This document shows positions 1-9,816 of a stretch of DNA of 64,000 bases, in pieces. A program made the position numbers and the translations under genes. The DNA comes from Candidatus Latescibacterota bacterium (GTDB taxonomy: Bacteria; Latescibacterota; UBA2968), in the NCBI GenBank assembly GCA_965198115.1, contig OZ240241.1:2848001-2912000 (forward strand), in the 5' to 3' direction. How positions within the stretch are numbered: position 1 is the first letter of the stretch; every line of letters begins with the position of its first letter. A model generated the notes under the pieces. The model did no database searches, was not told where the DNA came from, and was given only the letters and a program-made list of their open reading frames with translations.

Positions 1-426
1 TCACCACCTTGCTGGGCGTGAGGGGCCAGTAGGACGCATCCTGATGCCAACTGACCTGTTTGGGATCGGCCGGCATCTTGCAAAAGTAGTGTGTCATCGT
101 GCAGACTAAATTGGGCCCGATGAGATCTTCGACCCGATCGAGGATGCGAGGATCCATCACCAGGCCGTAGATTCCCTCGCAGGACCTGTGCCATCCGTTG
201 ATCGAATAGCTGTTCAGTCCAGCTCTTCTGCTACCGCCATTATGTGGTCGAAATAGGCACGATTCCGGTCGACCTCACCCGGCGTCATCACGTCGAGCGG
301 GCAAAGGTAGCCATCGGTGTTGAAGCGATCGATCTGCTCAGCGGTCAGAACTTTCGGGTTCGTGTTCTTTGCCGGATAGAACTTCAGCTCTCGCTCCATA
401 TCCGGCAGGGCATCGGTGATTGGCAC
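1..426 (-). pseudogene. Phytanoyl-CoA dioxygenase (PhyH) family gene, 1-nt frameshift at ~215, runs off window start
   Basis: ORF 214..426 (QIDRFNTDGYLCPLDV) continues in another frame as NSYSINGWH...ILDRVEDLIGPNL...FCKMPADPKQVSWHQDASYW (HxD motif); the frameshift may be a sequencing error. Confidence 0.75.
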
Positions 427-497
427 CTCGTATCCTCCGTTTGGGCACGCTCGGTGCTCCCCAAGCTACCTCGCTCGTGTCTGGGTCGCAACCCGCC

Positions 498-1058
498 CTA
501 CGGCGCGCGGATGATGTGCACCTCTCCCGATAGCGCGTCGACGCGGACCTTCACCGGCGCATCTTCTTGGGTTCTCACATCGACGTAGTAGGCCAATCGG
601 CCTGCCCGCTGCCCCAGTTCGGCCTCGATCGCCCATCCCGGTCGCAGCTTGAGCGCCCGTCTCAACGCTTCGCCCAATGAAATCGTGGCTCCCGTGGATG
701 AGCCCTCACCCTCCTTGATGTCCGCTTCATCAACTTCTTGGTCGCGTTCATCCGCCACGATCCCCCCATCTCCCGCATCGACGAACACCTCCCGCTCGCC
801 CTCTGGCGTCATCACGTCGACTTCGTAAACAAGTCGACCGTCCTCGACCTCGAGCTCTGCTCCGACCGGTCGGCCTGCGATTGCGCGCGTTGCGGTCCCG
901 ACAGCCTGAACCATCGACACTCGTGTTAAACGGTAGACGTGAACTGTGGACACCTGCCCTTCGATCGTGCCCCAGAACCCCACCAGGACAGGAACGATGA
1001 TTCCCGCTGCGATGTGAACGATGAATTGGAGTCGCTTGGTGTATTGGAAGAGGGTCAT
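498..1058 (-). CDS. PepSY-domain membrane-anchored protein (two PepSY repeats)
   Basis: N-terminal TM segment; repeats ELEVEDGRLVYEVDV...EVFVDA and ELGQRAGRLAYYVDV...VRVDALSGEV; ATG overlaps the TonB receptor stop (TAATG). Confidence 0.8.
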   Translation of the reverse strand: MTLFQYTKRLQFIVHIAAGIIVPVLVGFWGTIEGQVSTVHVYRLTRVSMVQAVGTATRAIAGRPVGAELEVEDGRLVYEVDVMTPEGEREVFVDAGDGGIVADERDQEVDEADIKEGEGSSTGATISLGEALRRALKLRPGWAIEAELGQRAGRLAYYVDVRTQEDAPVKVRVDALSGEVHIIRAP

Positions 1059-3475
1059 TACAGATCTCCAGACCAACTGATGCCGAGAGATGGCAGAATC
1101 GTAAACCAGGTCTCCAGGTCGCGCTGCAGCCGAACGTCCCCCGCGTTGCTGGGCATTCGGAAGTAGTCGTAGCCCCACACGTTCGAGTGATTTGTCATAT
1201 TGACGAGTTCGACGAAAAATCGCAGGTCGCCCCACGACGTCCTGACTCGGCGCGTCGCCCGTGCGTCCAGTCGCTGGTAGTTCGGGAACCTCGCGCCGTA
1301 GAGCTTTTCAGCCTTGATCGCGAAATCGGTCCGTCCGTCCTGTTCGATCTGCACCATTCGCTCGAGCGTACTGGGCCAGCCCGAGTGGTAGGCGTAGGAA
1401 AGACTGATCGACCACGCGTTAGACACCTGCCAGCTCAGGTCCGCGTTGAGCGCGTGACGTTGGTCCTGAGGCGCCGCGTGCGTCCGGTCGAACACCAGCC
1501 TATGGTCGTCGTTGATGTTGTCGATCCGACTCACCGTCTCTTCCACGAACGACAGGGCATAGCCGGTTCGGAGGGCGAGTCTGCTCCCGAGGTTGCGCTC
1601 GAAATACACTTCGGCGCCCTTGGAAGTCGACCTATCCGGATAGACGAGGATGTAGTCATCATCGCTTTCCGGAAACACGTCCTTCGGCGCCTTCCAATTT
1701 CTGAAAATCGGACGTAGGCTGGACCCGCGTTTGAAGTAGCCTTCTACACGCAGCTTGGACCCATCCTCGAACGCGTGTTCTACGCCTGCCGTCCACTGTT
1801 TCGACAGTTCGGCGGGGTAATATCGGCCGCGATTGTCGAGCGCGTCGATCTGTTCCAGACCCTGAAACTGACGGTAGTGACCCCACCCGAGCTTCAGGTT
1901 GGTATTGGAGGTCAGGTCCACACGAGCGTTCAGACGCGGGCTGAGGTGGCTTTCACCGACGTAACTCGCACGGTCGTAACGGGTGCCTATGGAAAAGGTC
2001 AGGGGATCGACCGGACGCATCCGTCCCGTGGCATAGGCCGCAAACGTTGTTCCGTTCTTTTTCTGTCCGCGTGTCGTTTCGACGGGAAAGAAGGCCAGAG
2101 GGTCCGGTGAGGGGTCATCCGGATCTCGCCAGACCTTGTTGTTGATCGTGTAATCCACGTCGAACCGCCGGAAATCGAATCCTGACTCGATGAAGAATTT
2201 ACTTGTCGCATCGAAGGACCAATCCTGCTTCAATCCGAGCACCGTCAGGTCTCTTCGGTCCGCTACCTCATATATCGCGTCTGCGGTATCTGTGTAAAAC
2301 TCGGTACCGCCGCGATTCCTGCGAATCAGCCCGACAGACCCCAAGGTCTGAACGGCTGCGCCCTCGCCAAGGACACCAGTATGGGTGAACCAAGCGTAGG
2401 AGTTCCCATACCTGTTATTCCCCCACTCGTGCGTCTTGATCGTATCCTGAAACCCGGTCGTGCCCGCTACATCGAACGAGTAGGTGTCCCTGGCGTGAAG
2501 CAGGTTGAGCGCAATCGTGTTTCGAGGGTTGACCTGGTAGCGCACCTTGGAAAAGATGTCATAGTAAACCGGTGAGGGGATATCGTTCTGGTTCATCAAC
2601 GTGAACACAAGGTCGAGATACCCGCGTCGCGCCGATACGATCCAGGACCCGTCACCCTCGGCGAACCTGCCCTCCGCGTGCCCTCGCAGGTTCATCAGGC
2701 TAAATCCCACGCTCGCCCTCGTACCATCCCCTCTCGGCTCCCGGGACTTGATGCTGAAGACACCACTCGTCTTGTTTCCGTATTCCGCCGAAAAGCCTCC
2801 CGTCATCAGCTCGACACCCTCGATCGTCTGCAGATCCAGGATACTCAGCGCGCCCTCGTTGAACTCCTTCATATGGTAGGGTTCGTAGAGCTCCAGCCCA
2901 TCGAACAGGATGAGCGTTTCTTCGTGCCGCCCTCCCCGGATTGAGAAGTGGGCGGAGATATCGCCAGACGACAGCCCCGGCAGTCGATTCACTGCTCGGA
3001 ACAGGTCCTCGCCGAATTGCGGAACCGATTCTATGTCCCGGCGCGTCATAATCTGTGACGCCGGTTCCGCGCCTTCCATAAATGTGAACGATCCCGGCGT
3101 AACCGTGATTTCCTTGAGCTCCTGCACCACGGGACTGAGGAATACGCGCAACGGCGTTTCGGGTGCGCCCTCGACGCGTAGCGACTCGAGGGCGAACGTT
3201 CCGTAGCCCACGCGACTGACGACCAATGTGTAGATCCCCGCGGAGACGGATTGGATCTCGAACCGTCCTTCTGGATCGGTGGTTGTAGCCCAATGCGAGT
3301 CGATCAGCCTGACATTCGCGAGATGGACGGGCTGCCCGGTCGTCTCATCCACGACTGTCCCCTGAACGGTGAACGACTCTGTGGCTCCGACGTCAGCCCG
3401 GAAAGCCAGCAACAGGAACAGTATCGCGCAAAAAAGCACTCGCGCGGCGAGGGGAAGGTAGAGTCGGATCATCAC
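1058..3475 (-). CDS. TonB-dependent receptor with N-terminal carboxypeptidase-regulatory-like domain
   Basis: Signal peptide, VQGTVVDETTGQP...TTTDPEGRFEI, plug region RLPGLSS...IRGG, beta-barrel-like C-terminus. Confidence 0.9.
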   Translation of the reverse strand: MMIRLYLPLAARVLFCAILFLLLAFRADVGATESFTVQGTVVDETTGQPVHLANVRLIDSHWATTTDPEGRFEIQSVSAGIYTLVVSRVGYGTFALESLRVEGAPETPLRVFLSPVVQELKEITVTPGSFTFMEGAEPASQIMTRRDIESVPQFGEDLFRAVNRLPGLSSGDISAHFSIRGGRHEETLILFDGLELYEPYHMKEFNEGALSILDLQTIEGVELMTGGFSAEYGNKTSGVFSIKSREPRGDGTRASVGFSLMNLRGHAEGRFAEGDGSWIVSARRGYLDLVFTLMNQNDIPSPVYYDIFSKVRYQVNPRNTIALNLLHARDTYSFDVAGTTGFQDTIKTHEWGNNRYGNSYAWFTHTGVLGEGAAVQTLGSVGLIRRNRGGTEFYTDTADAIYEVADRRDLTVLGLKQDWSFDATSKFFIESGFDFRRFDVDYTINNKVWRDPDDPSPDPLAFFPVETTRGQKKNGTTFAAYATGRMRPVDPLTFSIGTRYDRASYVGESHLSPRLNARVDLTSNTNLKLGWGHYRQFQGLEQIDALDNRGRYYPAELSKQWTAGVEHAFEDGSKLRVEGYFKRGSSLRPIFRNWKAPKDVFPESDDDYILVYPDRSTSKGAEVYFERNLGSRLALRTGYALSFVEETVSRIDNINDDHRLVFDRTHAAPQDQRHALNADLSWQVSNAWSISLSYAYHSGWPSTLERMVQIEQDGRTDFAIKAEKLYGARFPNYQRLDARATRRVRTSWGDLRFFVELVNMTNHSNVWGYDYFRMPSNAGDVRLQRDLETWFTILPSLGISWSGDL

Positions 3476-3660
3476 TTCCTCCGAGGTTTACCGCGAATCG
3501 CGGTAGTGAACGGATTAACGATTCGGACGAAGCATACGGGATCCGGATTAAGCCTTGATTAATCGAACATTAGAAACCTCTCATCATCCTCACTTTCCAC
3601 TCCCGCGAGCGTGGCGTGTGTGCATACTTAGGGAAATCGGAGATCAGGAAGGGGCTCATC

Positions 3661-4334
3661 GTGCGTGTACTTCTGGTAGAAGATGATCCCAAGGTCGGGT
3701 CATTCATCGAGCAGGGTCTGGCCGAAAACGGCTATGTCGTAGAAGTGTGCCCGGACGGGGCCTCGGGGCTGGCGGCTTTCGAAGAGTCGAACTTCGACCT
3801 TGTCATCCTCGACTGGATGCTGCCTGACACGGATGGCGTGGCGGTCTGTCGCCGGATCCGGGACGAATCACCTACGATCCCGATCCTATTTCTCACCGTC
3901 AAAGCAACTGTCGCCGACAAAGTCACAGGACTGGAAGCAGGGGCAGACGACTACCTCACGAAGCCTTTTTCGTTCCTCGAACTCCTGGCCAGGACGCGGG
4001 CGCTGGCCCGCCGCCGTCAGGCCCCAGCCGACCCCCTGCGTATCGACGATCTTGAAATGAACCTGGAAGAGCGTCGCGTCTTGCGCGGAGGAGAATCCGT
4101 CGACCTGACCAGTCGCGAGTTTTCGATCCTCGAATACTTCCTCGGAATCAGAACCGCCTGATCACACGGGCGACGCTGGCCGATCAGATCTGGAACATCG
4201 ACTTCGACCGACGCTCGAATGTCGTCGACGTCTACATCAGCTACCTGAGAAAGAAGCTGGCCTGCGGTTCCGGCCGTCCCCTACTCCACACGCTCCGCGG
4301 TGCGGGTTACGTGATGAAGGTGGAGGAGCAGTGA
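3661..4334 (+). pseudogene. OmpR-family response regulator, 1-nt frameshift at ~4143
   Basis: VLLVEDD...DLVILDWMLP...GADDYLTKPF; the winged-helix part (NRLITRATLADQIWNIDFDRRSNVVDVYISYLRKK...RGAGY) is in another frame. Confidence 0.85.
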
Positions 4335-5695
4335 CCCTCCGCGTCAAACTCATTCTGGGTTTCGTAGGTTCGGGGCTCTGTGTTCTGGTTACTGCATCCC
4401 TCGTCTACTACGCTTCCTTCCGCGCGCTCGTCCGAGGTGGCCTCGAGGAAGAGCTCATCGACGACACGATCGAATTCGTCGAAACGGTCGAATGGACCGG
4501 AAGTCGGGTGTGGGTGCGCGACGACTTCGTCTGGGAAGACATCGACGAGGAGGCGGTGGAGGTCGTCGATCACGCTCTGGGCACGCTGAGGAAGAGCGAT
4601 AACCTGGGCGATGCTTCGCTCGTCGACCTGTTCGATGTCGAACCGACCGAAGAACCGGTCGCCCTCTTCGCAGAAATTGACGACGCGCAACTCGTCTGCG
4701 CCGTTCGCCCAGTCTACCGTGATGATGAGATCATCGCATACGTGCTCCTCGCCGAAAGCGCCGAGCAGGCAGACGAGTACGTCGATATCCTGCAGGAGGT
4801 GATGCTCGCCTCGATCGCGTTTCTCGTCGTCTTCGGAGCTGGGATGGGATACGTCATCGCCGGCAGGCTGGTGCGTCCCGTCGTCGCGATTCAAAAAACG
4901 GTCGGGGAGATCGACTTGAAAAGACTGGACCGTCGCATCGACCGCGTCAGTGACGATCCCGATGTACGCAACCTCGTCGATACGCTCAACGACCTGTTCG
5001 AGCGACTCGAGAAGTCCTACGATGAGATCGCCAGCTTCTCTGCCAACGTCGCGCACGAGCTCCATACCCCGCTTACCATCCTCCGCGGCAACATCGAGGT
5101 CGCCCTTTCGCGCGATCGCAGCACCGATGAGTACGTCCAGATCCTGTCCGACATCCTCGAGGAAACCCTTCACACAATCCACATCGTCGACAGCTTGTTG
5201 ATGCTCGCACGAAGCGAGTCTGCCGTCCAACAACTGAAAGGGGAAGTGATCCGCCTCAGCGACTTCATCAGCCATCAGCAGGACGACTTCGAAGCGCTCT
5301 GTTCCCTGAAGTCGCAAAAACTCATCGTCCGCGTTCACGAATCGGCCGTCATCTCGGGCGATCGCGCCCTCCTGATCCAGTTATTGCTGAACCTCGTCTC
5401 AAACGCCTCCAAGTATTCGCCCGCGGGAGCGACCATCGAGGTGGAGGTCAAACCAGGAAGACGTGAGAAGATCCTTCTATCCGTGGCGGATACCGGTGTC
5501 GGCATTCCCGAAACCGACCACGTGAAGGTTTTCGAGCGGTTCTACCGGCCCGAAACGACCGGCCGCAGAACGGAAGGGGCCGGGCTGGGGCTATCGATCT
5601 GCAAGGTGATCGCCGAGGCGCACGGTGGATCCATCGGTCTCGAAAGTAGACCGGGACAAGGAACCCGGGTCACGGTCGCTTTACCTTCATCGTAG
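4331..5695 (+). CDS. Sensor histidine kinase (HAMP-HisKA-HATPase)
   Basis: Two TM segments, H-box AHELHTPL, N-box NLVSNASKY, G-boxes DTGVGI and GAGLGL. Confidence 0.95.
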   Translation: MTLRVKLILGFVGSGLCVLVTASLVYYASFRALVRGGLEEELIDDTIEFVETVEWTGSRVWVRDDFVWEDIDEEAVEVVDHALGTLRKSDNLGDASLVDLFDVEPTEEPVALFAEIDDAQLVCAVRPVYRDDEIIAYVLLAESAEQADEYVDILQEVMLASIAFLVVFGAGMGYVIAGRLVRPVVAIQKTVGEIDLKRLDRRIDRVSDDPDVRNLVDTLNDLFERLEKSYDEIASFSANVAHELHTPLTILRGNIEVALSRDRSTDEYVQILSDILEETLHTIHIVDSLLMLARSESAVQQLKGEVIRLSDFISHQQDDFEALCSLKSQKLIVRVHESAVISGDRALLIQLLLNLVSNASKYSPAGATIEVEVKPGRREKILLSVADTGVGIPETDHVKVFERFYRPETTGRRTEGAGLGLSICKVIAEAHGGSIGLESRPGQGTRVTVALPSS

Positions 5696-5738
5696 CGCAG
5701 AACCCTTTGCCTTTCAGGCAACGGCGGATGGGTGTCAC

Positions 5739-5764
5739 CAACAGTGGCCCCGGGGCCACTGTTG
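5739..5764. repeat. Perfect 26-bp palindrome
   Basis: CAACAGTGGCCCC|GGGGCCACTGTTG, no spacer. Confidence 0.9.
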
Positions 5765-5893
5765 AGACGGGATTCGCCTTCCTAATAGCAGATCCCCCAA
5801 TTCCTCACTTTTTCACACATTTGTTGACAGGTCAGAAATCCTGCCACAACTTATAAGAGTTGTTTTTGCAATGGATTACGCTAGGAGACAGGT

Positions 5894-6154
5894 ATGATTC
5901 TCCCCACAATCACCGTAATCTGCCTGTGCGCACTTGTGGCAGCCAAATTCCTGACCGCCGCAAGTCTGAACAGTGTGCGTAAAAGGGCAGCCGAAATCGA
6001 CACAGACGTCCGCAAGGCGCGTGGCCTGGCCAAAGCGGCCGAGAACGCCAAAGGCGTAGCCGGTCGCGGCGTCAACACCAAGGCCCGCAAAAAGAAGACG
6101 CTCGAAAAACAAATCGAGAAATACCGCAAGGAACTTGCCGAGCTCAAGAAATAG
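5894..6154 (+). CDS. Small basic coiled-coil protein with N-terminal TM segment
   Basis: RBS AGGAG, 86 aa, followed by a terminator-like hairpin. Confidence 0.7.
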   Translation: MILPTITVICLCALVAAKFLTAASLNSVRKRAAEIDTDVRKARGLAKAAENAKGVAGRGVNTKARKKKTLEKQIEKYRKELAELKK

Positions 6155-6174
6155 GCCTTCCCCGACCGACCGCA

Positions 6175-6213
6175 AAAAAAACGGCCCGTGTGACACACAC
6201 GTGGCCGTTTTCT
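6175..6213. terminator. Probable bidirectional intrinsic terminator
   Basis: AAAACGGCC...GGCCGTTTT between convergent genes. Confidence 0.6.
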
Positions 6214-6368
6214 GTTGATGGAAGTGATATCCGAATCCGATCGGGGATTTCCGATATCGCGACTGCGGTATATACGTTGACGCGAAGCCGTCTCTACCGC
6301 CCACGGCCTACAGGTTCGCAGCCGGGAGGCTGCTCCCACCGTCTACAATCCGCCGCCCTATCTCTCCA

Positions 6369-6728
6369 CTACCGACCCCTCCTCCACAACTTCCACCAGC
6401 GACCCTCCTCCCCCCTTCCCAGGTGTTCGGCGGGCACAGCCGACAGTCGCTCGAGAACCGCCGTCAACGCGCCCTTCAGAATGACCGACGCCTTCTCCTT
6501 GTCGCGATCGGCCAGCGTCAGCCCAAGTCGGACGTTTTGCTGAACGTCGCTCGGGAAGACGTGATTCATAATCGCGTCGTCCTCGTTCAGCGTCTCGCCA
6601 CCCGTCCGAATCCGATAGGCTTCGATGGCCGCATCTCGGAAGGCGTCGGGATCCTTGTCCTGAATCGTGGCCCGTATCCCTTCGCTCAAAACCGCCGTGA
6701 TTTCGTCCGTCATCTGTCCTTCGGTCAC
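6369..6728 (-). CDS. Hypothetical protein
   Basis: 119-aa ORF downstream of and co-oriented with the peptidase; C-terminal RWWKLW. Confidence 0.6.
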   Translation of the reverse strand: MTEGQMTDEITAVLSEGIRATIQDKDPDAFRDAAIEAYRIRTGGETLNEDDAIMNHVFPSDVQQNVRLGLTLADRDKEKASVILKGALTAVLERLSAVPAEHLGRGEEGRWWKLWRRGR

Positions 6729-6752
6729 AACGCCCTTCCCATTCCTTTCGAG

Positions 6753-7839
6753 TTAGCCTTCTACCGATGAAGGGAACACCACGTAGGTGCCATCCTGGAT
6801 GACGCTGCAAGTCGCGCCGTCGTCCGATGTCAGCACGACCTTGGTCACCTGTATCGGACTGTCCGTTGCGTAGACAATGTCCTGATGAACGACCCGATCT
6901 GCAGAGGAAAAAGCTTCAGGCCCGACCGTCCCACCAAGATGTTCACTGCGGCCGTAGGCCCAATGGAACCCGGCTTTCTCGTCCTCCAGCACGTTCCCCC
7001 AAACCACGGCCTTCGGGTTGCACCCGAAAGCGAGCTCGGCGATGTTTCCCTGCGCCGGCTCTTCTGCGAAAGCGACGCGCAGTCGTTGCGCGGTCGGCCC
7101 GATCCCCTCCACATCCACGACCCGATTCGCCTCGACTTTGAACAAAGCGACATCACCATCCAGCGCGACCGGAATCTCCCCTTCGGTCCTCGAGGACTCC
7201 CCCTCCCGCTCCCCTTCATACGACACTTGAAAGCCTTCGCCGCTCGGAAGATTGATCACACGTGTCGGCTTGTCGCGCGGCAACTGACCGTCGTCTGTCC
7301 TCGCTTCCCGATAGCGGAGATCCACGCGCCACTCGTGGCCCGTCGCAAAGGTCACGTTGGCTTCCACCGCCGGATTCAGCAGATCGACCAGCACCTTGCA
7401 CCGTCGCGCCACTTCGGCGTAATCGGCGGCGAGGGCGGTCTTTTCCGTTCGACGGGCAACACCTGGCAAGGTCGCCATTCGGATGTCCTCGTGGGACTCC
7501 GCCCACACCACCATCGGCGCAGATGACGAGAACTCCGTCGGGACGACCACGGCTGTGGCTTCCGAAAGCGCCTCACGCAGGGGGATCGGGTCGCCGTCGT
7601 CGAGGGGGAGGTCGGCGTTATGGGCACCCGTAGCGGGGTAGGTCACGAGCGGGAGAATCTCAACGCCCAAATCACTCGACGCCTCCGCCAACAGGGACCG
7701 CCAGGTGGCGGCCATCGCGTTCCTGCCAGGCAGTCGAGTACTTCACATCCCCGGTGGGCGCATCCGTCGCCACGAGCACGCGCTCGCCGGGCTCGGGATG
7801 AAACACATCGACGAACAGCTTCAGAAAATCGAATGCCAC
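6753..7839 (-). pseudogene. M29/aminopeptidase-T-like metallopeptidase, frameshift at ~7717
   Basis: NLPSGEGF, NIAELAFGCNP, LEDEKAGFHWAYGRSEHLGG motifs; N-terminus MAFDFLKLFVDVFHPEPGERVLV starts at GTG 7839 with RBS GAGGGG in another frame. Confidence 0.75.
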
Positions 7840-7934
7840 TCAACCCCCTCTTTCCACAGATCCCCCAAAGGAACCGATTGCGCGCACAAGAAGGTAGACT
7901 AAATTGGGGCAGTCTGCGAGATCTGGAGGAGAAC

Positions 7935-8132
7935 GTGCAGATCCGTAAGGGCATCCGGAATTTCGAAGTCGAGGCGGAACACGACGGTGACTTCTGGTTC
8001 GTCTCGATCTACGAAATCGAAGACAACCGCAGGAGGCAATTGTACGTCTACAAAATCAACCACCCTCGCGATGAGGCAGGGGCGCGCGAACGAGGGTGGG
8101 AGATCTATCGACAGCGCCATTTGAACGGGTGA
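7935..8132 (+). CDS. Small hypothetical protein (65 aa)
   Basis: RBS GGAGGAG before GTG; MQIRKGIRNFEVEAEHDGDFWFVSIYEI. Confidence 0.65.
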   Translation: MQIRKGIRNFEVEAEHDGDFWFVSIYEIEDNRRRQLYVYKINHPRDEAGARERGWEIYRQRHLNG

Positions 8133-8135
8133 GGT

Positions 8136-8591
8136 ATGGCCAGAATACTGATCATCGACGATGAACCCGAGATCCGAATCGCGACGAGACGAATCCTGGA
8201 ACGCGCGGGTCACGACGTGATCGAGGCCTCGACCGGAGAAGAAGGGGTCGAAGCATTCAAGGCCACACCCGCCGATCTCATCATCACCGACATCTTGATG
8301 CCCGGTCAGGGAGGCGTGGAAACCGTAGCTCAGCTCCGCGAAGAGAGCCCCGGTTTGCGCATCATCGCGATGTCCGCCCACGCGCTCGACGAACTGCCCG
8401 AGGCAGCTAAACTCGGCGCCGCCCGAACCATCGTCAAGCCGTTTGCCGTCGACACGCTAACCAAGATCGTCGATGAAGTCTTGAGGGGCGACGAGCCGGA
8501 AGAAGAGGAAGAAATAGACGGACTGGACGAACTCGTCATCGACGATGACATCGAGTGGCCCGACGAAGAAGAGGAGGAGGAAAACAATTAG
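8136..8591 (+). CDS. Stand-alone response regulator receiver with acidic tail
   Basis: ILIIDDE, DLIITDILMP, KPF motifs. Confidence 0.9.
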   Translation: MARILIIDDEPEIRIATRRILERAGHDVIEASTGEEGVEAFKATPADLIITDILMPGQGGVETVAQLREESPGLRIIAMSAHALDELPEAAKLGAARTIVKPFAVDTLTKIVDEVLRGDEPEEEEEIDGLDELVIDDDIEWPDEEEEEENN

Positions 8592-8706
8592 GAAATTGCC
8601 GTATTAGGGAATAGCACATTGAGGGGAGCGTGCGATCGATCCGCGCCCCTCAGTTTCATAATTACTCACTTTCATAATTTCATAATCGATTCACGGGGGT
8701 TTCAGA

Positions 8707-9648
8707 ATGCACGTTTCGGTTTGGGACGGTGGGATGACTGATCAGTATCTGACACAGGCCGCGCAGATCGGCGCAGAGTATGTCGACTTTGGTGGGGGCA
8801 CTGCTTTCCCGGGTGTGGAAGAACAAGGCTATCCCGATGCCGGCGAAGTCGTCGCCATCAGAAAACGTCTGCAATCCTACGGGCTCGACGTGAACCGCGT
8901 CACGCTTCCCGACATCACCGATGATTTCATGAACGGTCGTGGGAACGAGCAGGACGTCGAGAACACGGCCAAGGCGATGCGTATTTACGCCGATGCGGGT
9001 GTTCCGATCGCCCGACAGCGTTTCGGCGGAGATACGTTCCCCGTGATGGCCAGTTGGCGGGGGACCCATCGGGGGGGCTACGTATCCCGCGCCGAGAGCC
9101 TGGCCTATCCTCCGGTCGAATGGCCTGACAAGGAAGCCCTCGATCGCTGGTGGGGTCAGTTCCGCAAGGTCTACGACGCCCTCGTCCCGATCGCCGATGA
9201 AACCGGCACCAAGCTCGCGCTCCATCCGTCCGACACACCGAATCAGGACACCCCTTTCGGCGGCATCGGCTTCCATCGCGTCATCGACGACTACCCCAGC
9301 CGTCACGTCGGCTACCTCTACTGCTGCGGAACACGGGCCGAATCGGGTGGCTCGGCTATCGTCCTCGACGAGCTCAACAACTACGGCCGCAAGGGCAAGA
9401 TCTTCATGATTCACTTCCGCAACATCCGCGGAAGCCTGGCCAGCGCCAACGCCTTCGAGGAAGTACTCCTCGACGACGGCGATATGAATATGTTCAAGCT
9501 CCTGCTCGAACTGCGGAAGGTCGGCTTCAACGGCTGCATCAACGCCGACCATCACCCCCGGCTCAAGGGAGACGAGGGTGGGTTTGCCGCGCTGAGCTAT
9601 GCGGTCGGATATATCAAGGCGTGTCTCGCCGCGCTCTCTGTCGTTTAG
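8707..9648 (+). CDS. uxuA: Mannonate dehydratase-like protein
   Basis: LVPIADETGTKLALHPSD, IHFRNIRG, FEEVLLDDGDMNM, ADHHP motifs. Confidence 0.75.
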   Translation: MHVSVWDGGMTDQYLTQAAQIGAEYVDFGGGTAFPGVEEQGYPDAGEVVAIRKRLQSYGLDVNRVTLPDITDDFMNGRGNEQDVENTAKAMRIYADAGVPIARQRFGGDTFPVMASWRGTHRGGYVSRAESLAYPPVEWPDKEALDRWWGQFRKVYDALVPIADETGTKLALHPSDTPNQDTPFGGIGFHRVIDDYPSRHVGYLYCCGTRAESGGSAIVLDELNNYGRKGKIFMIHFRNIRGSLASANAFEEVLLDDGDMNMFKLLLELRKVGFNGCINADHHPRLKGDEGGFAALSYAVGYIKACLAALSVV

Positions 9649-9706
9649 AAAGACGAACACGAAGTCACGAAGGTGCGAAGAGAAGCAGGTTTTCAGGCAG
9701 GACAAC

Positions 9707-9741
9707 AGAAAGGGCTACGTTGTTTCGACGTAGCCCTTCTT
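9707..9741. terminator. Bidirectional terminator hairpin
   Basis: AAGGGCTACGT...ACGTAGCCCTT between convergent genes. Confidence 0.65.
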
Positions 9742-9816
9742 CATTCGCCCCAACCTATGTTACCTATACGATACGTTGGTCTTTCTTCGTGTCTTCGCGC
9801 CTTCGTGTTGATTGGT

